A DNA stretch of 64,000 nt from an uncultured bacterium. GTDB lineage: Bacteria > Acidobacteriota > HRBIN11 > JAKEFK01. Under the pieces are notes generated by a model, which saw only the letters and a list, made by a program, of their open reading frames with translations, made no database searches and was not told the origin of the DNA. Positions 1 to 10,266 of this stretch are shown one piece after another (position 1 is the stretch's first letter; each line of letters starts with the position of its first letter). Both the position numbers and the translations under genes were made by a program. The stretch is taken from the NCBI GenBank assembly GCA_963777505.1, contig CAVZQN010000011.1:96001-160000 (forward strand), read 5' to 3'.

Positions 1-36
1 GCCCTCTTGGCGAAAGCCGGAGGGCTCTTTTTTTTG
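1..36 (+). terminator. Rho-independent terminator of a gene upstream of the window
   Basis: GC-rich hairpin GCCCTC-TTGGC-GAAA-GCCGG-AGGGC followed by a T8 run. Confidence 0.7.
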
Positions 37-103
37 CCATAAAAGAAATCCAATTTTTCGTTCCTATCATATTTTTTGGAACGAAAGATTCGGACTTCCC
101 GCC

Positions 104-1523
104 TTATGGAAAGATTCCTAATTCCAGGTACGATACCGCAACTTTATTGATTGCATTAACAAATGCTGCAGTACGCAGATTCGGAATGGTTTTGCTCTTG
201 ACCTTAATATCGCGGATCTGATGGTAGGCTGCTAACATCGTTTCTTCCAAACCTGAATTTACCAGATCCTCTTCATCAGCTCCCTTCGCTAGAAGTTTCT
301 TTTCTTCATCTGAAATCTTGGTACCTGTGGTTTTTTCAATGGCTCCCAGCAGCCTGGTTGCGGCTCATTTCATCAAACCGTTTTCCCATCCTTCCGAAGC
401 GTACATGTGACAGATTTTTCAGCCATTCAAAATAAGAAACTGTAACGCCACCTGCATTCAAATACAGATCCGGCACAATCAGAACTTTTTTCTCTTTAAG
501 GATCTGATCGGCTTCAAATGTTGTTGGGCCATTCGCGCCTTCGGCAATGATCCGTGCTTGAATTCTTGGTGCATTTTGAGCCGTGATTACATTTTCTAAC
601 GCAGCAGGAATCAGAATATCGCAAGGCTGTTCGAGCGCGTCTTTACTGTTTGGAATATTTGTGGCGCCTGGATAATTTAAGATTGAGCCAGTCTCTTTGC
701 GATGTTGTACAACCTTTTCAAGATCCAGGCCTTTTTCGTTGTAAATCGCGCCTTCATATTCAGCAAGTCCAACTAGAACGGAGCCGGCTTCCTGAAAGAA
801 CTTGGAGCAGTAATAGCCGACATTTCCAAGTCCCTGTACAATTACTTTTTTACCAGTGAGCCCTGGATCCATTCCAAGAGCTGTCATGTCCTCTTTGATG
901 GAGATACATTCACGAATTCCGAAAAATATTCCACGCCCTGTAGCTTCTTTTCTGCCACGAATTCCGCCTTGAGTGATCGGCTTTCCTGTGACGCAGCCAA
1001 GTGCATCGATATGTCCTGGATGAAATGAAGCATACGTATCAGCAATCCACGCCATTTCGCGCGGACCGGTTCCATAGTCAGGCGCCGGAACATCGATACC
1101 TGGACCAATAAAGTGTTTTTTTACGAGTTCTGCCGTGTAACGCCGTGTAATCCGTTCAAGTTGTTCATCCGAATACTTTTTAGGATTGATTTTGATGGCG
1201 CCTTTAGCTCCGCCAAAAGGAACATCAACAATTGCACATTTGTAAGTCATCAAAGATGCAAGCGCTTTCACTTCATCTTCATCAACAAGTTCCGCAAATC
1301 GAATGCCGCCTTTAACGGGAAGCTTATGGTGGCTATGTTCAACACGCCATGCATAAATAACTTCGTAGGTATCCCCCATTCTGACAGGGAATTTAAAGTG
1401 ATAAACGCTATTGCAAATTTTGATTTGATCCAGAAGTCCACGCGGATAATTTAGATGTGGAGCAGCGTTTTCAAAATAACGATCGACAGTGTCCAGGAAG
1501 GAAGAATTGGATGCATCAGACAT
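104..1523 (-). CDS. gdhA: Glu/Leu/Phe/Val dehydrogenase (glutamate dehydrogenase), frameshifted near 355
   Basis: Motifs [41 protein letters not shown]. The C-terminus (...[16 protein letters not shown]...YLELGIFP*) continues in another frame to TAA at 104-106. Confidence 0.9.
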
Positions 1524-1580
1524 TTCATTTCTCCTCTGAAATTGATCATACTCGAGCCTCGACTATTTGCAAAGCTTTAC

Positions 1581-1683
1581 GGAGCGCAGGCTTCCAGCCT
1601 GCATTACGGGTCGCGGACTTCCAGTCCGCTCATGCAGGCAAGGATGCCTGCGGCCCTTAATGCGGACAAGATGTCCGCGCTCC
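1581..1683. repeat. Cluster of four REP-like palindromes (GGAGCGCAGGCTTCCAGCCTGC type)
   Basis: Two hairpin units followed by two inverted units; the outer ends GGAGCGC...GCGCTCC are complementary. Confidence 0.75.
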
Positions 1684-1702
1684 GATATGTTATATTACAT
1701 CC

Positions 1703-2086
1703 ATGAAGGGAGCAGGTGGGACTCCGGGGGGCGTCAAAGTTTTCGTCGTCGGCACGATTATGGCCGTAATCGGCGGTTATCTTCTACTAAACCAGGTACG
1801 CGTACACTCCGGATTCTGGCGCTTCTTCAGCTACGGGAATTTTGGAATTGCGTTGCTTCCATTCCTGTTTGGAGTTGGTTTCCTCTTCTTCAATGGAAGG
1901 TCGATTCCCGGATGGATTCTCACAGTTGTGGGACTCTTGATTATTTTTACAGGCATCATTGCGAATCTGGAGATCTACTTTATTCCAACCAGTTTATTCA
2001 ATACGTTGCTGATGCTTGTGCTGCTTGTTGGAGGGATCGCCCTGGTTTTTCGATCGCTTCAATCTCAGGATAAATCGCAAACCTAA
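1703..2086 (+). CDS. Small membrane protein (about 4 TM), hypothetical
   Basis: 127-aa ORF with four hydrophobic Gly-rich segments; TG-n-TATATT lies 6 nt upstream of the ATG. Confidence 0.75.
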   Translation: MKGAGGTPGGVKVFVVGTIMAVIGGYLLLNQVRVHSGFWRFFSYGNFGIALLPFLFGVGFLFFNGRSIPGWILTVVGLLIIFTGIIANLEIYFIPTSLFNTLLMLVLLVGGIALVFRSLQSQDKSQT

Positions 2087-2877
2087 TCGAGCAATTTCAA
2101 TTCTTCTTTAAAAAATTCAGGGCTTGGCGAACTTAGTGTCTCCAGTGGTTCGAAGCGGATCCGAAATTTGCGATCTGCACTCTCTTTAACTTTTGAAAAT
2201 TTCATGCTTCCAACAGGTTGCCAATCGATCCAATCAAAGCTTCCTTTCTCTTTATCTTCCAATTCGAAATCCCAATGATCCATCAATTTTGTGGTTTTGT
2301 TGATGTGCGCCCAGTATTGATCGCCTGGAGTTTCGCCGACTTTATTAAAAGAAAGATGCAAAATATCGCGTCCATTTTTTTCGCCATCATATTTTAGATT
2401 GACGCCGCTATCCATAAGTTTAAGAGGCATAATCAGCCAGTAGGTATCATTGATCCAGCGGCTAAAGGCCCAATCGAGTGCCTTTTGTAGTTTTTCACCT
2501 TCAAGTTTTTGTCCATCTTCCCACGCAGCACCCGTTTTATTTGTAAGATTCACCCATGCAACCTGCACTTTTCCTTCACGAGTTTTGCCTTCGACATGAT
2601 CACGATTATTTTTGCGATCCCATAAATGCTTCACTGCTCTGGTTTCTTGACCTTCCGGTGCAACTACGAAATTAAAGCGGATTGCGGCTGTATTCTTCCA
2701 GGCGTCCATTCCGCCCATCGCTTTAATGGTTTCTTCTGCCAGTTTTACGGCTTTTGGATCTTTGTTATCCTGCGCAATTGCTTTATCAAAGTAAACCAGC
2801 ATGACGATCATTAAAACGAAAAACAAAACAAAAAGAGGCCAATTGATTTTTTTTGAATATCGAATGTCTTCAATCAT
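2083..2877 (-). CDS. Exported hypothetical protein (beta-rich; LolA-like/DUF6503-like)
   Basis: N-terminal hydrophobic signal with AIA-Q site; AMGGMDAW, WINDTYWLIMPLKL and TPGDQYW motifs. Confidence 0.7.
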   Translation of the reverse strand: MIEDIRYSKKINWPLFVLFFVLMIVMLVYFDKAIAQDNKDPKAVKLAEETIKAMGGMDAWKNTAAIRFNFVVAPEGQETRAVKHLWDRKNNRDHVEGKTREGKVQVAWVNLTNKTGAAWEDGQKLEGEKLQKALDWAFSRWINDTYWLIMPLKLMDSGVNLKYDGEKNGRDILHLSFNKVGETPGDQYWAHINKTTKLMDHWDFELEDKEKGSFDWIDWQPVGSMKFSKVKESADRKFRIRFEPLETLSSPSPEFFKEELKLLD

Positions 2878-2904
2878 GAGAATTCCTCCGGGACATGCGC
2901 GATT

Positions 2905-3477
2905 TTATTGCGTATTGGATTGCAATAAATCGAGCAAAGTTTTAACGATGCGGCCGGTGAGCCCCCAAATTGTATGGGAACGCCATTCGTAATAGTAAAC
3001 GGGGTACAGTTTTTGATCAATCACCCTTTCTTCCTGACGAAAAATTGCCGGATCTCTTAACTCACGCAATGGTACTTCCAGTAACTCTGCAACTTCTTCC
3101 GGATTTGCCCGAAACTCAGTTGCCGGAGACAACATTCCTATATACGGAACCACGAGAAAAGAACTACTGACCGTGCGCCAGTGTTCGAGCCGTCCTAAAA
3201 TTTCAACCCGTTCCGCCGGTACATCAACTTCTTCCTTCAATTCCCTTAAGGCTGTTGCCATCAAATCTGTGTCAATCGATTCCATGGTTCCGCCTGGAAA
3301 TGAGATTTCGCTGCTGTGATGCTGAAGATTTTCACTCCTGTGTGTGAACAGCAGATGCCATTCTCCATTCCGTTCAAAAAATGGAACAAGTACAGCTGCT
3401 AATGCACGACCTGGATCAGACAATTCTCCTGGAGGTTCTTGAATCAATTTCTGTCGCAAAAGTGAAGGCAATTCCAT
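2905..3477 (-). CDS. Nudix hydrolase, CoA pyrophosphatase family
   Basis: AAVLVP, LLFTHRS, ISFPGG...ALRELKEE Nudix box and IWGLTG. Start moved to the ATG at 3477 because the longer ORF runs through intergenic palindromes. Confidence 0.85.
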   Translation of the reverse strand: MELPSLLRQKLIQEPPGELSDPGRALAAVLVPFFERNGEWHLLFTHRSENLQHHSSEISFPGGTMESIDTDLMATALRELKEEVDVPAERVEILGRLEHWRTVSSSFLVVPYIGMLSPATEFRANPEEVAELLEVPLRELRDPAIFRQEERVIDQKLYPVYYYEWRSHTIWGLTGRIVKTLLDLLQSNTQ

Positions 3478-3489
3478 ATTGATTTGTTG

Positions 3490-3588
3490 AAGGCCCGGCC
3501 TTGCGGTAGTGGGGAGCGAAGGCCGGGCCTTTACACGTTCAATTTTGAGGCCGGGCTTTCGAACCCCACAGCCGCAAAGCCCGGCCTC
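3490..3588. repeat. Pair of inverted REP-like palindromes (AGGCCCGGCCTT family)
   Basis: AAGGCCCGGCCTT-n16-AAGGCCGGGCCTT (3490-3531) and GAGGCCGGGCTTT...AAAGCCCGGCCTC (3547-3588). Confidence 0.75.
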
Positions 3589-3609
3589 GATTAAGATTAC
3601 TATAGGAAT

Positions 3610-4618
3610 GTGATGAACATAACGCAAAAGCTCAAGCAGAAAGCTCTGGAGATCGGATTTTCGCGTGTTGGTATCTGTTCTGTCGGACCCGGAGACGAAG
3701 TAGGAAATTTACGCGATTGGATTTCCAAAGGCTTTCACGGGCAGATGAAGTATATGGAAAATTCCAAACGCATCTCACCACGCGAAGTCTTGCCATGGCT
3801 GTAATACTATGATAGTAGTACTATTAAATTACCGATGGACCGAGGGCGCGGATCAATCCCAGGAAGGCATGATCAGCAAATATGCATGGGCAACGGATTA
3901 TCATCGCGTTATGCTGCCGATGCTAGAGCAGCTTTCGGATTTTCTGCTGGAATTGGCTCCGCAAGCGGTGACAAAGGCGTATGTAGACACTGGCCCAATC
4001 TCAGAAAAATATTGGGCCCAGAAAGCTGGAGTCGGCTGGATTGGAAAACATACAAACGTTTTGAATCAAGAGGGCAGCTCCTGGTTTTTTATAGGCGTGA
4101 TTTTAACCGATCTTCAACTTGAACCGGATGCTCCGGCTGAAGATCACTGCGGAACCTGTGAACGTTGTATTGAGGCATGTCCGACGCGTGCGATCGTTGC
4201 GCCATATGTTCTTGATTCCCGTCTTTGCATTTCTTATCTAACAATTGAACTTCGTGAATCAATTCCTGTTGAATTGCGTTCTTTAATCGGACACCGGATT
4301 TTTGGCTGTGATGATTGTCAGGATGTTTGTCCCTGGAATCGATTTGCGTATGCTGGTGACCCGCGCTTTAATCCGCGTCCGGAAATCCTTGCTGCGACTT
4401 TAACTGAATATTTACGGATGTCACCCGAAGAGTTTCGGGATCGTTTTCAAGGAACAAATGTTTTGCGCGCAAAATATCGAGGTTTTATTCGAAATTGTCT
4501 TGTAGCAGCAGGAAATTCAAAGCGTCCTGAACTTCGAAATGAAATTGCGAAACATTTGGAATCGCAGGATGAAATGATACGTGAGCATGCGGAATGGGCG
4601 ATTGCCCAGTTGCTTTAA
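3610..4618 (+). CDS. queG: tRNA epoxyqueuosine(34) reductase, frameshifted near 3800
   Basis: N-terminal part (GFHGQMKYM) in 3610-3804; the remainder has ISKYAW..DYH, VDTGP, CGTCERCIEACPT and GCDDCQDVCPWN Fe-S motifs. Confidence 0.9.
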
Positions 4619-4636
4619 CCGCTGAGTCTCAGAGTG

Positions 4637-4960
4637 TTAATTGCCGGAGCGTTGTTCAAGATCAGGGTTGGCATTCTGAAAGAAGGCGCGCATCTGTTGA
4701 ACAAGAGCTTCATTTTTTATGCCTTGATGCTCTGCAGGATACCGGTCCAGATAGACACATGCGGTTCCGCAAACTTTATCGGCACCTTTTCTATTGCCTC
4801 GCTGTAGATGTGCAAGCGCCACAGCGCATTGAATCAAACCTTTATAAAAGTCCTTATCTTCGCCTACAGTCTCCAGCCAGAGCTGTTCTAAGACTTCATG
4901 CGCCTCATAAAACTCTTTTCTATTGAACAACGAAATAAACTCTTCTAATTCTGGTTCCAT
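4637..4960 (-). CDS. DUF309 family protein
   Basis: LFN..EFYEAHEVLEQLW and KGLIQCAVALAH signature. Confidence 0.8.
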   Translation of the reverse strand: MEPELEEFISLFNRKEFYEAHEVLEQLWLETVGEDKDFYKGLIQCAVALAHLQRGNRKGADKVCGTACVYLDRYPAEHQGIKNEALVQQMRAFFQNANPDLEQRSGN

Positions 4961-5009
4961 GGTAAGTTCTTAGTATAGTAATAGAAGTCGGTTTTTACTG
5001 GAATAAAGA

Positions 5010-7115
5010 GTGACAGACGAAGCCAAACCTCAAAGTTCCGATCAAGTCCGTTCATTTTGGCTTTATCCGCAATGGTGGAAACGAAGGCGCAGTTTTGATA
5101 CACGTCCTGTACTGTTATTGCTTGCTGCACTTGTTGGGGGTCTTGGCGGTCTTGCAGCAGTCCTGTTCAAAGATTTATCCAACACTGTGCAAGATGTGAT
5201 TATCGGATCGCAGCCTTCTTTCCTTGAAGCTTGTCTACGGCTGCCATGGTATTTGCGTTTACTGATTCCGACTGCCGGAGGATTACTCGCTGGTGGTGTC
5301 CTGTATCTTTTGCCAAAGGAAGGAAAGGGACATGGAATTTCAGAAGTTATGGAAGCGGTCAGTATTAGAGGGGGAGTGCTCAGTTTTCGCGTTGCAATCA
5401 TCCGTTCCTTTTCATCTTTGATGAGCATTGCAACAGGTGCATCGATCGGACGCGAAGGTCCCATTGTTCAGATTGCTGCAATGCTTGGTTCAAAAACCGG
5501 ACAATTCTTCCGCATCCAAAAAGAAAACATTAGCATTCTTGTCGGCTGTGGTGTTGCCGCAGGAATCGCTGCAGCGTATAACGTTCCGATTGCTGCATCG
5601 TTCTTTGTAATGGAAATTATCATTGGCAACTTCGCGATTGAAATTTTTGCACCACTTGTCGTTTCATCGATTGTTGCAACTCTTGTATACCGCCGCATTT
5701 TCGGAAATGAACCAGTTTATGGCACGCCTCATTTCAGTCTCGTGTCAGAATGGGAGCTCATTGCCTATGTTGTTTTAGGAATTCTTGCTGGAATCGCTGC
5801 AGCACTTCTGAGGGAATCATTAAAGCTTTCCGAACGTGAATTCGGCAGACGAAATGTTCCACTCATCGTGAAAAGCGGACTCGGTGGTTTGTTGATCGGC
5901 ATCATTGGCTTAGGCTGGCCGCATGTTTGGGGGAATGGTTATAACGCGATTAACACAATGCTTTTAAGCCAGATGGGTTTCAGTCTAATGCTTCTGCTTT
6001 TTTACCTGAAAATTATGGCAACAAGTATCAGCGTTGGATCGGGAGCATCTGGCGGTGTTTTTACACCGACTCAATTTATCGGAGCAGCGCTGGGGGGCTT
6101 TGTTGGATTTGCAGCGCATGAAGCTTTTCCAAATCATGTTGCGTTTTCAAGCGCGTATGCCCTTGTTGGTATGGGTTGTTTGATGGCCGGCACTACATAT
6201 GCGCCCATTATGTCGATTCTTATGGTTTTTGAAATGACGTTGGATTACGAAATTATTCTGCCGCTCATGCTGTCCTGCATCGTAAGCAGCATGGTGGCTC
6301 GTCAATTTCACCGGGATTCGATTTACACAGAAAAACTTCGCAAAAAAGGGATCCGTTTTGATCTTACGTTTGAAGAAAATGCGATGCGTGGAATCCGAGT
6401 GGAAGATATCTTGCGCAAGGAAGTTCCATTCATTCCAGGGAAAAAACATTTGAATGATGTTCTGAATCATTTCTTGCGATCTAGGACAAATCTTCTTTAT
6501 GTTGTAAATGACGATGGACGTTTGATTGGTTCAATCGATCTTCATGATCTGAAAGAGTTTTTTAATGAGAAGGATTTGTATTCTTTTGTAAATGCCCAAG
6601 ATGTTGCAACCCCCGTTACAGCAGTTTTTCCGGGGCAATCTTTAATCGATGTGATGGATACGCTCTACTTAACAGACGCGGATCAGATTCCTGTTGTGGA
6701 TAACAAAGACGACAATAAATTTTTAGGTGTGATCACCCGGCGTGACATTATCGGCGCTTATAACCGCGAAGTGTTGAAGAAAAAAATCCTGGCCACAAAG
6801 TTCATTACTCGTAAAAAGGAAAAAGAAGGTATCGACTACGTTGAAATGCCAGCCGGTTACAGGCTTGGTAAGATTGCAGTCCCTGAAGAACTGGAAAACA
6901 AGACTTTAGGCGAAGTAAATTTCCGCACGAAATATCATTTTCAAGTGCTTGCTCTGCTCCGCCAGTCTGGGGATGGAAAGAGCCAGCGGTTAATCGCCGA
7001 GCCACAATTAAGGTTGAACCGCGGAGATGAAATGATCGTCATTGGTACCGAGGACGATTTCGAACGCTTTCAGAAGAAAGAGATTAGTGTACTTTGTGTC
7101 TTTGTGGTGAAATAA
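5010..7115 (+). CDS. ClC chloride channel/antiporter with a CBS pair and C-terminal TrkA-C domain
   Basis: GHGISEV, GREGP and GGVFTP ClC motifs; CBS repeats; TrkA-C-like LNRGDEMIVIG. Confidence 0.9.
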   Translation: MTDEAKPQSSDQVRSFWLYPQWWKRRRSFDTRPVLLLLAALVGGLGGLAAVLFKDLSNTVQDVIIGSQPSFLEACLRLPWYLRLLIPTAGGLLAGGVLYLLPKEGKGHGISEVMEAVSIRGGVLSFRVAIIRSFSSLMSIATGASIGREGPIVQIAAMLGSKTGQFFRIQKENISILVGCGVAAGIAAAYNVPIAASFFVMEIIIGNFAIEIFAPLVVSSIVATLVYRRIFGNEPVYGTPHFSLVSEWELIAYVVLGILAGIAAALLRESLKLSEREFGRRNVPLIVKSGLGGLLIGIIGLGWPHVWGNGYNAINTMLLSQMGFSLMLLLFYLKIMATSISVGSGASGGVFTPTQFIGAALGGFVGFAAHEAFPNHVAFSSAYALVGMGCLMAGTTYAPIMSILMVFEMTLDYEIILPLMLSCIVSSMVARQFHRDSIYTEKLRKKGIRFDLTFEENAMRGIRVEDILRKEVPFIPGKKHLNDVLNHFLRSRTNLLYVVNDDGRLIGSIDLHDLKEFFNEKDLYSFVNAQDVATPVTAVFPGQSLIDVMDTLYLTDADQIPVVDNKDDNKFLGVITRRDIIGAYNREVLKKKILATKFITRKKEKEGIDYVEMPAGYRLGKIAVPEELENKTLGEVNFRTKYHFQVLALLRQSGDGKSQRLIAEPQLRLNRGDEMIVIGTEDDFERFQKKEISVLCVFVVK

Positions 7116-7125
7116 TTTGCAGAAC

Positions 7126-7686
7126 ATGAAAAAGAAACAACTTCCGGTTAAGCAAACAAAACCGACGAAAAAGATCAAACTGGAGATCAATACGGATCGG
7201 CTTGAAGAAAGTGTTCGTCAAGCCGTTGATAAAGTTCAGTATTGGTATGGCCAGGGAATGATCCACAAGGTGAGACTCAAGTATCGCGGGAAGGCAATTC
7301 TTCCGGATATTCCGCTTTCGTATTTTATGCTTGTTCAAGTTGCTACTTTTTTTCTTACCGGTGTCGTGCGAGCTCTTGCAATCTCACTTGGAACACGAGT
7401 TTTTTTCGAAGTTGAATTAATTAATGATGCAGAAGAGCTGTTTAAGCGAGCGAAGGAAATTTATCTCGATGGTGAGCTCGATGATGCAGAAGCCCTTTTG
7501 GAAGACGTTCTAAAACTTGATAAACACTATGCAGAAGCTCATCTTTATCTTGGCATTATTAGCAAAATTAAACAGGATCGTGCGAAAGCATCACGTCACT
7601 TCTTGCAAGCACAGAAATTGGATCCGACAGGCAAGACTGGTACAGAAGCTGGCAAGAATTTAAAGAAGTTGATGCCGCCTGAGTGA
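7126..7686 (+). CDS. DUF4342-like N-terminal domain + TPR protein
   Basis: KVRLKYRGKAILPDIPL followed by a hydrophobic helix; C-terminal TPRs (AEAHLYLGII...A..HF..A.KLDP). Confidence 0.65.
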   Translation: MKKKQLPVKQTKPTKKIKLEINTDRLEESVRQAVDKVQYWYGQGMIHKVRLKYRGKAILPDIPLSYFMLVQVATFFLTGVVRALAISLGTRVFFEVELINDAEELFKRAKEIYLDGELDDAEALLEDVLKLDKHYAEAHLYLGIISKIKQDRAKASRHFLQAQKLDPTGKTGTEAGKNLKKLMPPE

Positions 7687-7696
7687 AGGTATTTGA

Positions 7697-8677
7697 ATGA
7701 AAGTTCTGGTTACCGGGGGGGCTGGATACATCGGCAGCGTTGTTGTTGAAGAGTTGATTCAAGAAAAGCACGAGCCGGTAGTATTCGATAATCTTTCCGA
7801 AGGACATCGCGAAGCAGTCCCATCTCAAATTCCGCTCATTCAGGGCGATTTGCGCGATGGCAAGCAACTGCGAGAGGTATTGAAGGATCAGAAGATTGAG
7901 GCAGTCATTCACATGGCAGCTTCTGCGCTTGTTGGGGAATCTGTTTCGAAGCCGCGAGAGTATTACGATAACAATCTTCAGGCAGGCCTGTCTCTTTTAA
8001 ATGCGATGTTGGATACGGGCGTTCAACGTATCGTGTTTTCTTCGACCGCTGCGGTTTATGGGGAACCTGCCCATACTCCGATTTTGGAATCAGAACCAAC
8101 TTACCCTGAAAATCCGTACGGTGAAACAAAATTGGCCATGGAAAAAGCTTTGCGTTGGTACGGTGATGCATATGGATTTCAATTTGCGGTGCTTCGATAC
8201 TTTAATGCGGCAGGTGCGACAGAAAGATGCGGCGAAATACATAATCCGGAGACGCACTTAATTCCAATCGTGTTACAGGCTGCAACAGGAAAACGGCCGT
8301 TCGTTGAAATTTATGGTGACAATTGGCCGACGCGAGACGGTAGTTGTGTTCGTGATTACATTCATGTTACAGATCTCGCCCGAGCGCATATTCTCGCCAT
8401 GGCGAAATTCGATCAAGGCAATCGAATTTATAATCTCGGTTGTGGCGGTGATGGTTACACTGTCAGAGAAGTTATTCAGGCTGCGCGTGAAGTTACCGGC
8501 CGGGATATAGAGGCGCGAATCGCACGCCGGCGTCCGGGAGATCCGGCCACTCTCATCGCAAGTTCTGCAAAAATTCAACGAGAATTAGGCTGGAAACCCA
8601 GCTTTCAAAGTCTAAAGGCGATTCTTGGCTCGGCATGGGATTGGCTCCAACGCCACCCCAACGGATACGCCAGTTAG
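7697..8677 (+). CDS. galE: UDP-glucose 4-epimerase
   Basis: TGGAGYIGS, FSSTAAVYG, YGETK, LRYFNAAGA, RDYIHV, RRPGDP. Confidence 0.95.
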   Translation: MKVLVTGGAGYIGSVVVEELIQEKHEPVVFDNLSEGHREAVPSQIPLIQGDLRDGKQLREVLKDQKIEAVIHMAASALVGESVSKPREYYDNNLQAGLSLLNAMLDTGVQRIVFSSTAAVYGEPAHTPILESEPTYPENPYGETKLAMEKALRWYGDAYGFQFAVLRYFNAAGATERCGEIHNPETHLIPIVLQAATGKRPFVEIYGDNWPTRDGSCVRDYIHVTDLARAHILAMAKFDQGNRIYNLGCGGDGYTVREVIQAAREVTGRDIEARIARRRPGDPATLIASSAKIQRELGWKPSFQSLKAILGSAWDWLQRHPNGYAS

Positions 8678-8714
8678 TCTTTACGCTTTTGTGGTTTATA
8701 ATTCCATGTTTTAG

Positions 8715-10226
8715 GTGAGATATATGTCACAAAATGTTCGCTTACAATTAAGTGCTTTACCGCCCGCTAAAGAAGAGTCGGATGCGCTTGTCGTTTTTGT
8801 TCCCCAGGGGGAAGTAACATCATCAGAGTTTAAAGACTTGGATAAACAGCTTGGCGGCGCCCTTTCAAAAGTTTTAAAACAGGAAAAGTTTCAGGGAAAG
8901 ATCGGAGATCAAATTCTGTATCATTCTCCAAATACTTTGAAGGCACGGCGGGTTGTAGTTGCCGGCTTAGGGAAGAAAGAAAATTTTTCTGAAGAGAGTT
9001 TTCGCCGTGCTTCGGCAACCGCCGCAATCGCTGCTAGAAATGCGGCTTGTTCTAAAGTTTCATACATAATGCCTTCAAAGACAAAGATCGCGGAAGAAAA
9101 AGTTGTTCGTGCCATTGCTGAAGGCGCCATTTTAGGTAGCTATCGATATACGAAATACAAAACGCGTGAAGAAGATCTTGATCGCGCAAAAGTCATAAAT
9201 ACAGTAAGTATCCTCGCTTCAAAAAAAGCTTCATTTCAAAAAGCGCTTGATATTGCAAAGTTAATGACGGATGCCACCTGTTTTGCTCGCGACCTTGTAA
9301 ATGAACCACCGAATACTCTGCATCCTGCAGCGCTTGAAGAAATTGCGCGGAAAGCTGCGCAGGAAGGCAAACTGAAATTTCGCGTACTGCAGGCCCCTGA
9401 ATTGAAGAAGCTTGGAGCAGGCGCAATCCTTGGTGTTGGAAGTGGATCTTCAGTGCCGCCACGGCTGATTGAAATTTCCTATAGCAGCGGCAAAAAAGGT
9501 GCGCGAAAAATTGCACTCGTTGGAAAAGGAATAACTTTTGACAGTGGTGGACTTTCACTGAAGCCTTCAAAATCTATGGAGACCATGAAGTGTGATATGG
9601 CCGGTGCTGCTGCTGTCCTTGCAACGATGCGCACATTATCTGTGCTTCGGCCGAAATTTGATGTCATCGGTATTCTTTGTGCCGCTGAAAACATGCCCAG
9701 CGGATCTGCCATACGGCCTGGTGATGTTTTGCGAGCGATGAATGGCAAAACAATCGAGGTCATCAATACCGATGCGGAAGGACGATTGGTGCTTGCTGAC
9801 GGCATCTCATGGGCAGTTAGACAAGGCGCAACCGAAATCATTGATTTAGCCACATTGACTGGCGCTTGCATCATCGGACTGGGACCATATGTTGCTGGAG
9901 CGATGACCAATGATCTTCCTTTAACAAAACGCGTAATTGAAGCAGGACGTCTAGCCGGCGAACCGATCTGGCAGCTTCCAGTTTTGGAAGAATATGAGTA
10001 CATGATAAAAAGCGAGATCGCTGATATTAAAAACCTCGCCCCAAACAGTGAAGCCGGTGCAATTCAAGGTGCACTATTTTTGAAAGAATTTATAGGAAAT
10101 GCAAAATGGGTCCATTTAGATATTGCTGGACCAGCATGGCTCGAAAAAGATTTTTTCCATACGCCTAAGAATGGGACAGGTTTCGGCGTACGCACTCTTT
10201 TGCAATTCTTAACCGAATCCAAGTAG
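8715..10226 (+). CDS. pepA: Leucyl aminopeptidase (M17)
   Basis: VGKGITFDSGG, MKCDMAGAA, NTDAEGRL, DLATLTGA, HLDIAG. Confidence 0.95.
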   Translation: MRYMSQNVRLQLSALPPAKEESDALVVFVPQGEVTSSEFKDLDKQLGGALSKVLKQEKFQGKIGDQILYHSPNTLKARRVVVAGLGKKENFSEESFRRASATAAIAARNAACSKVSYIMPSKTKIAEEKVVRAIAEGAILGSYRYTKYKTREEDLDRAKVINTVSILASKKASFQKALDIAKLMTDATCFARDLVNEPPNTLHPAALEEIARKAAQEGKLKFRVLQAPELKKLGAGAILGVGSGSSVPPRLIEISYSSGKKGARKIALVGKGITFDSGGLSLKPSKSMETMKCDMAGAAAVLATMRTLSVLRPKFDVIGILCAAENMPSGSAIRPGDVLRAMNGKTIEVINTDAEGRLVLADGISWAVRQGATEIIDLATLTGACIIGLGPYVAGAMTNDLPLTKRVIEAGRLAGEPIWQLPVLEEYEYMIKSEIADIKNLAPNSEAGAIQGALFLKEFIGNAKWVHLDIAGPAWLEKDFFHTPKNGTGFGVRTLLQFLTESK

Positions 10227-10247
10227 GGATGGGTCTAAGGCCCGCCC
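10223..10247 (+). repeat. Single GTAG-type REP half-element overlapping the pepA stop codon
   Basis: GTAGGGATGGGTCTAAGGCCCGCCC resembles the element at 55884. Confidence 0.55.
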
Positions 10248-10266
10248 GGAGCTGAATAGGAACCAT

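Noticed and set aside
1455-2073. Overlapping plus-strand ORFs at 1455, 1457 and 1567, and the many short antisense ORFs elsewhere
   Set aside because: They read through REP clusters or shadow well-supported genes and show no motifs
3478-3627. N-terminal extension of the Nudix ORF
   Set aside because: It is a translation of intergenic palindromes and overlaps the divergent queG start
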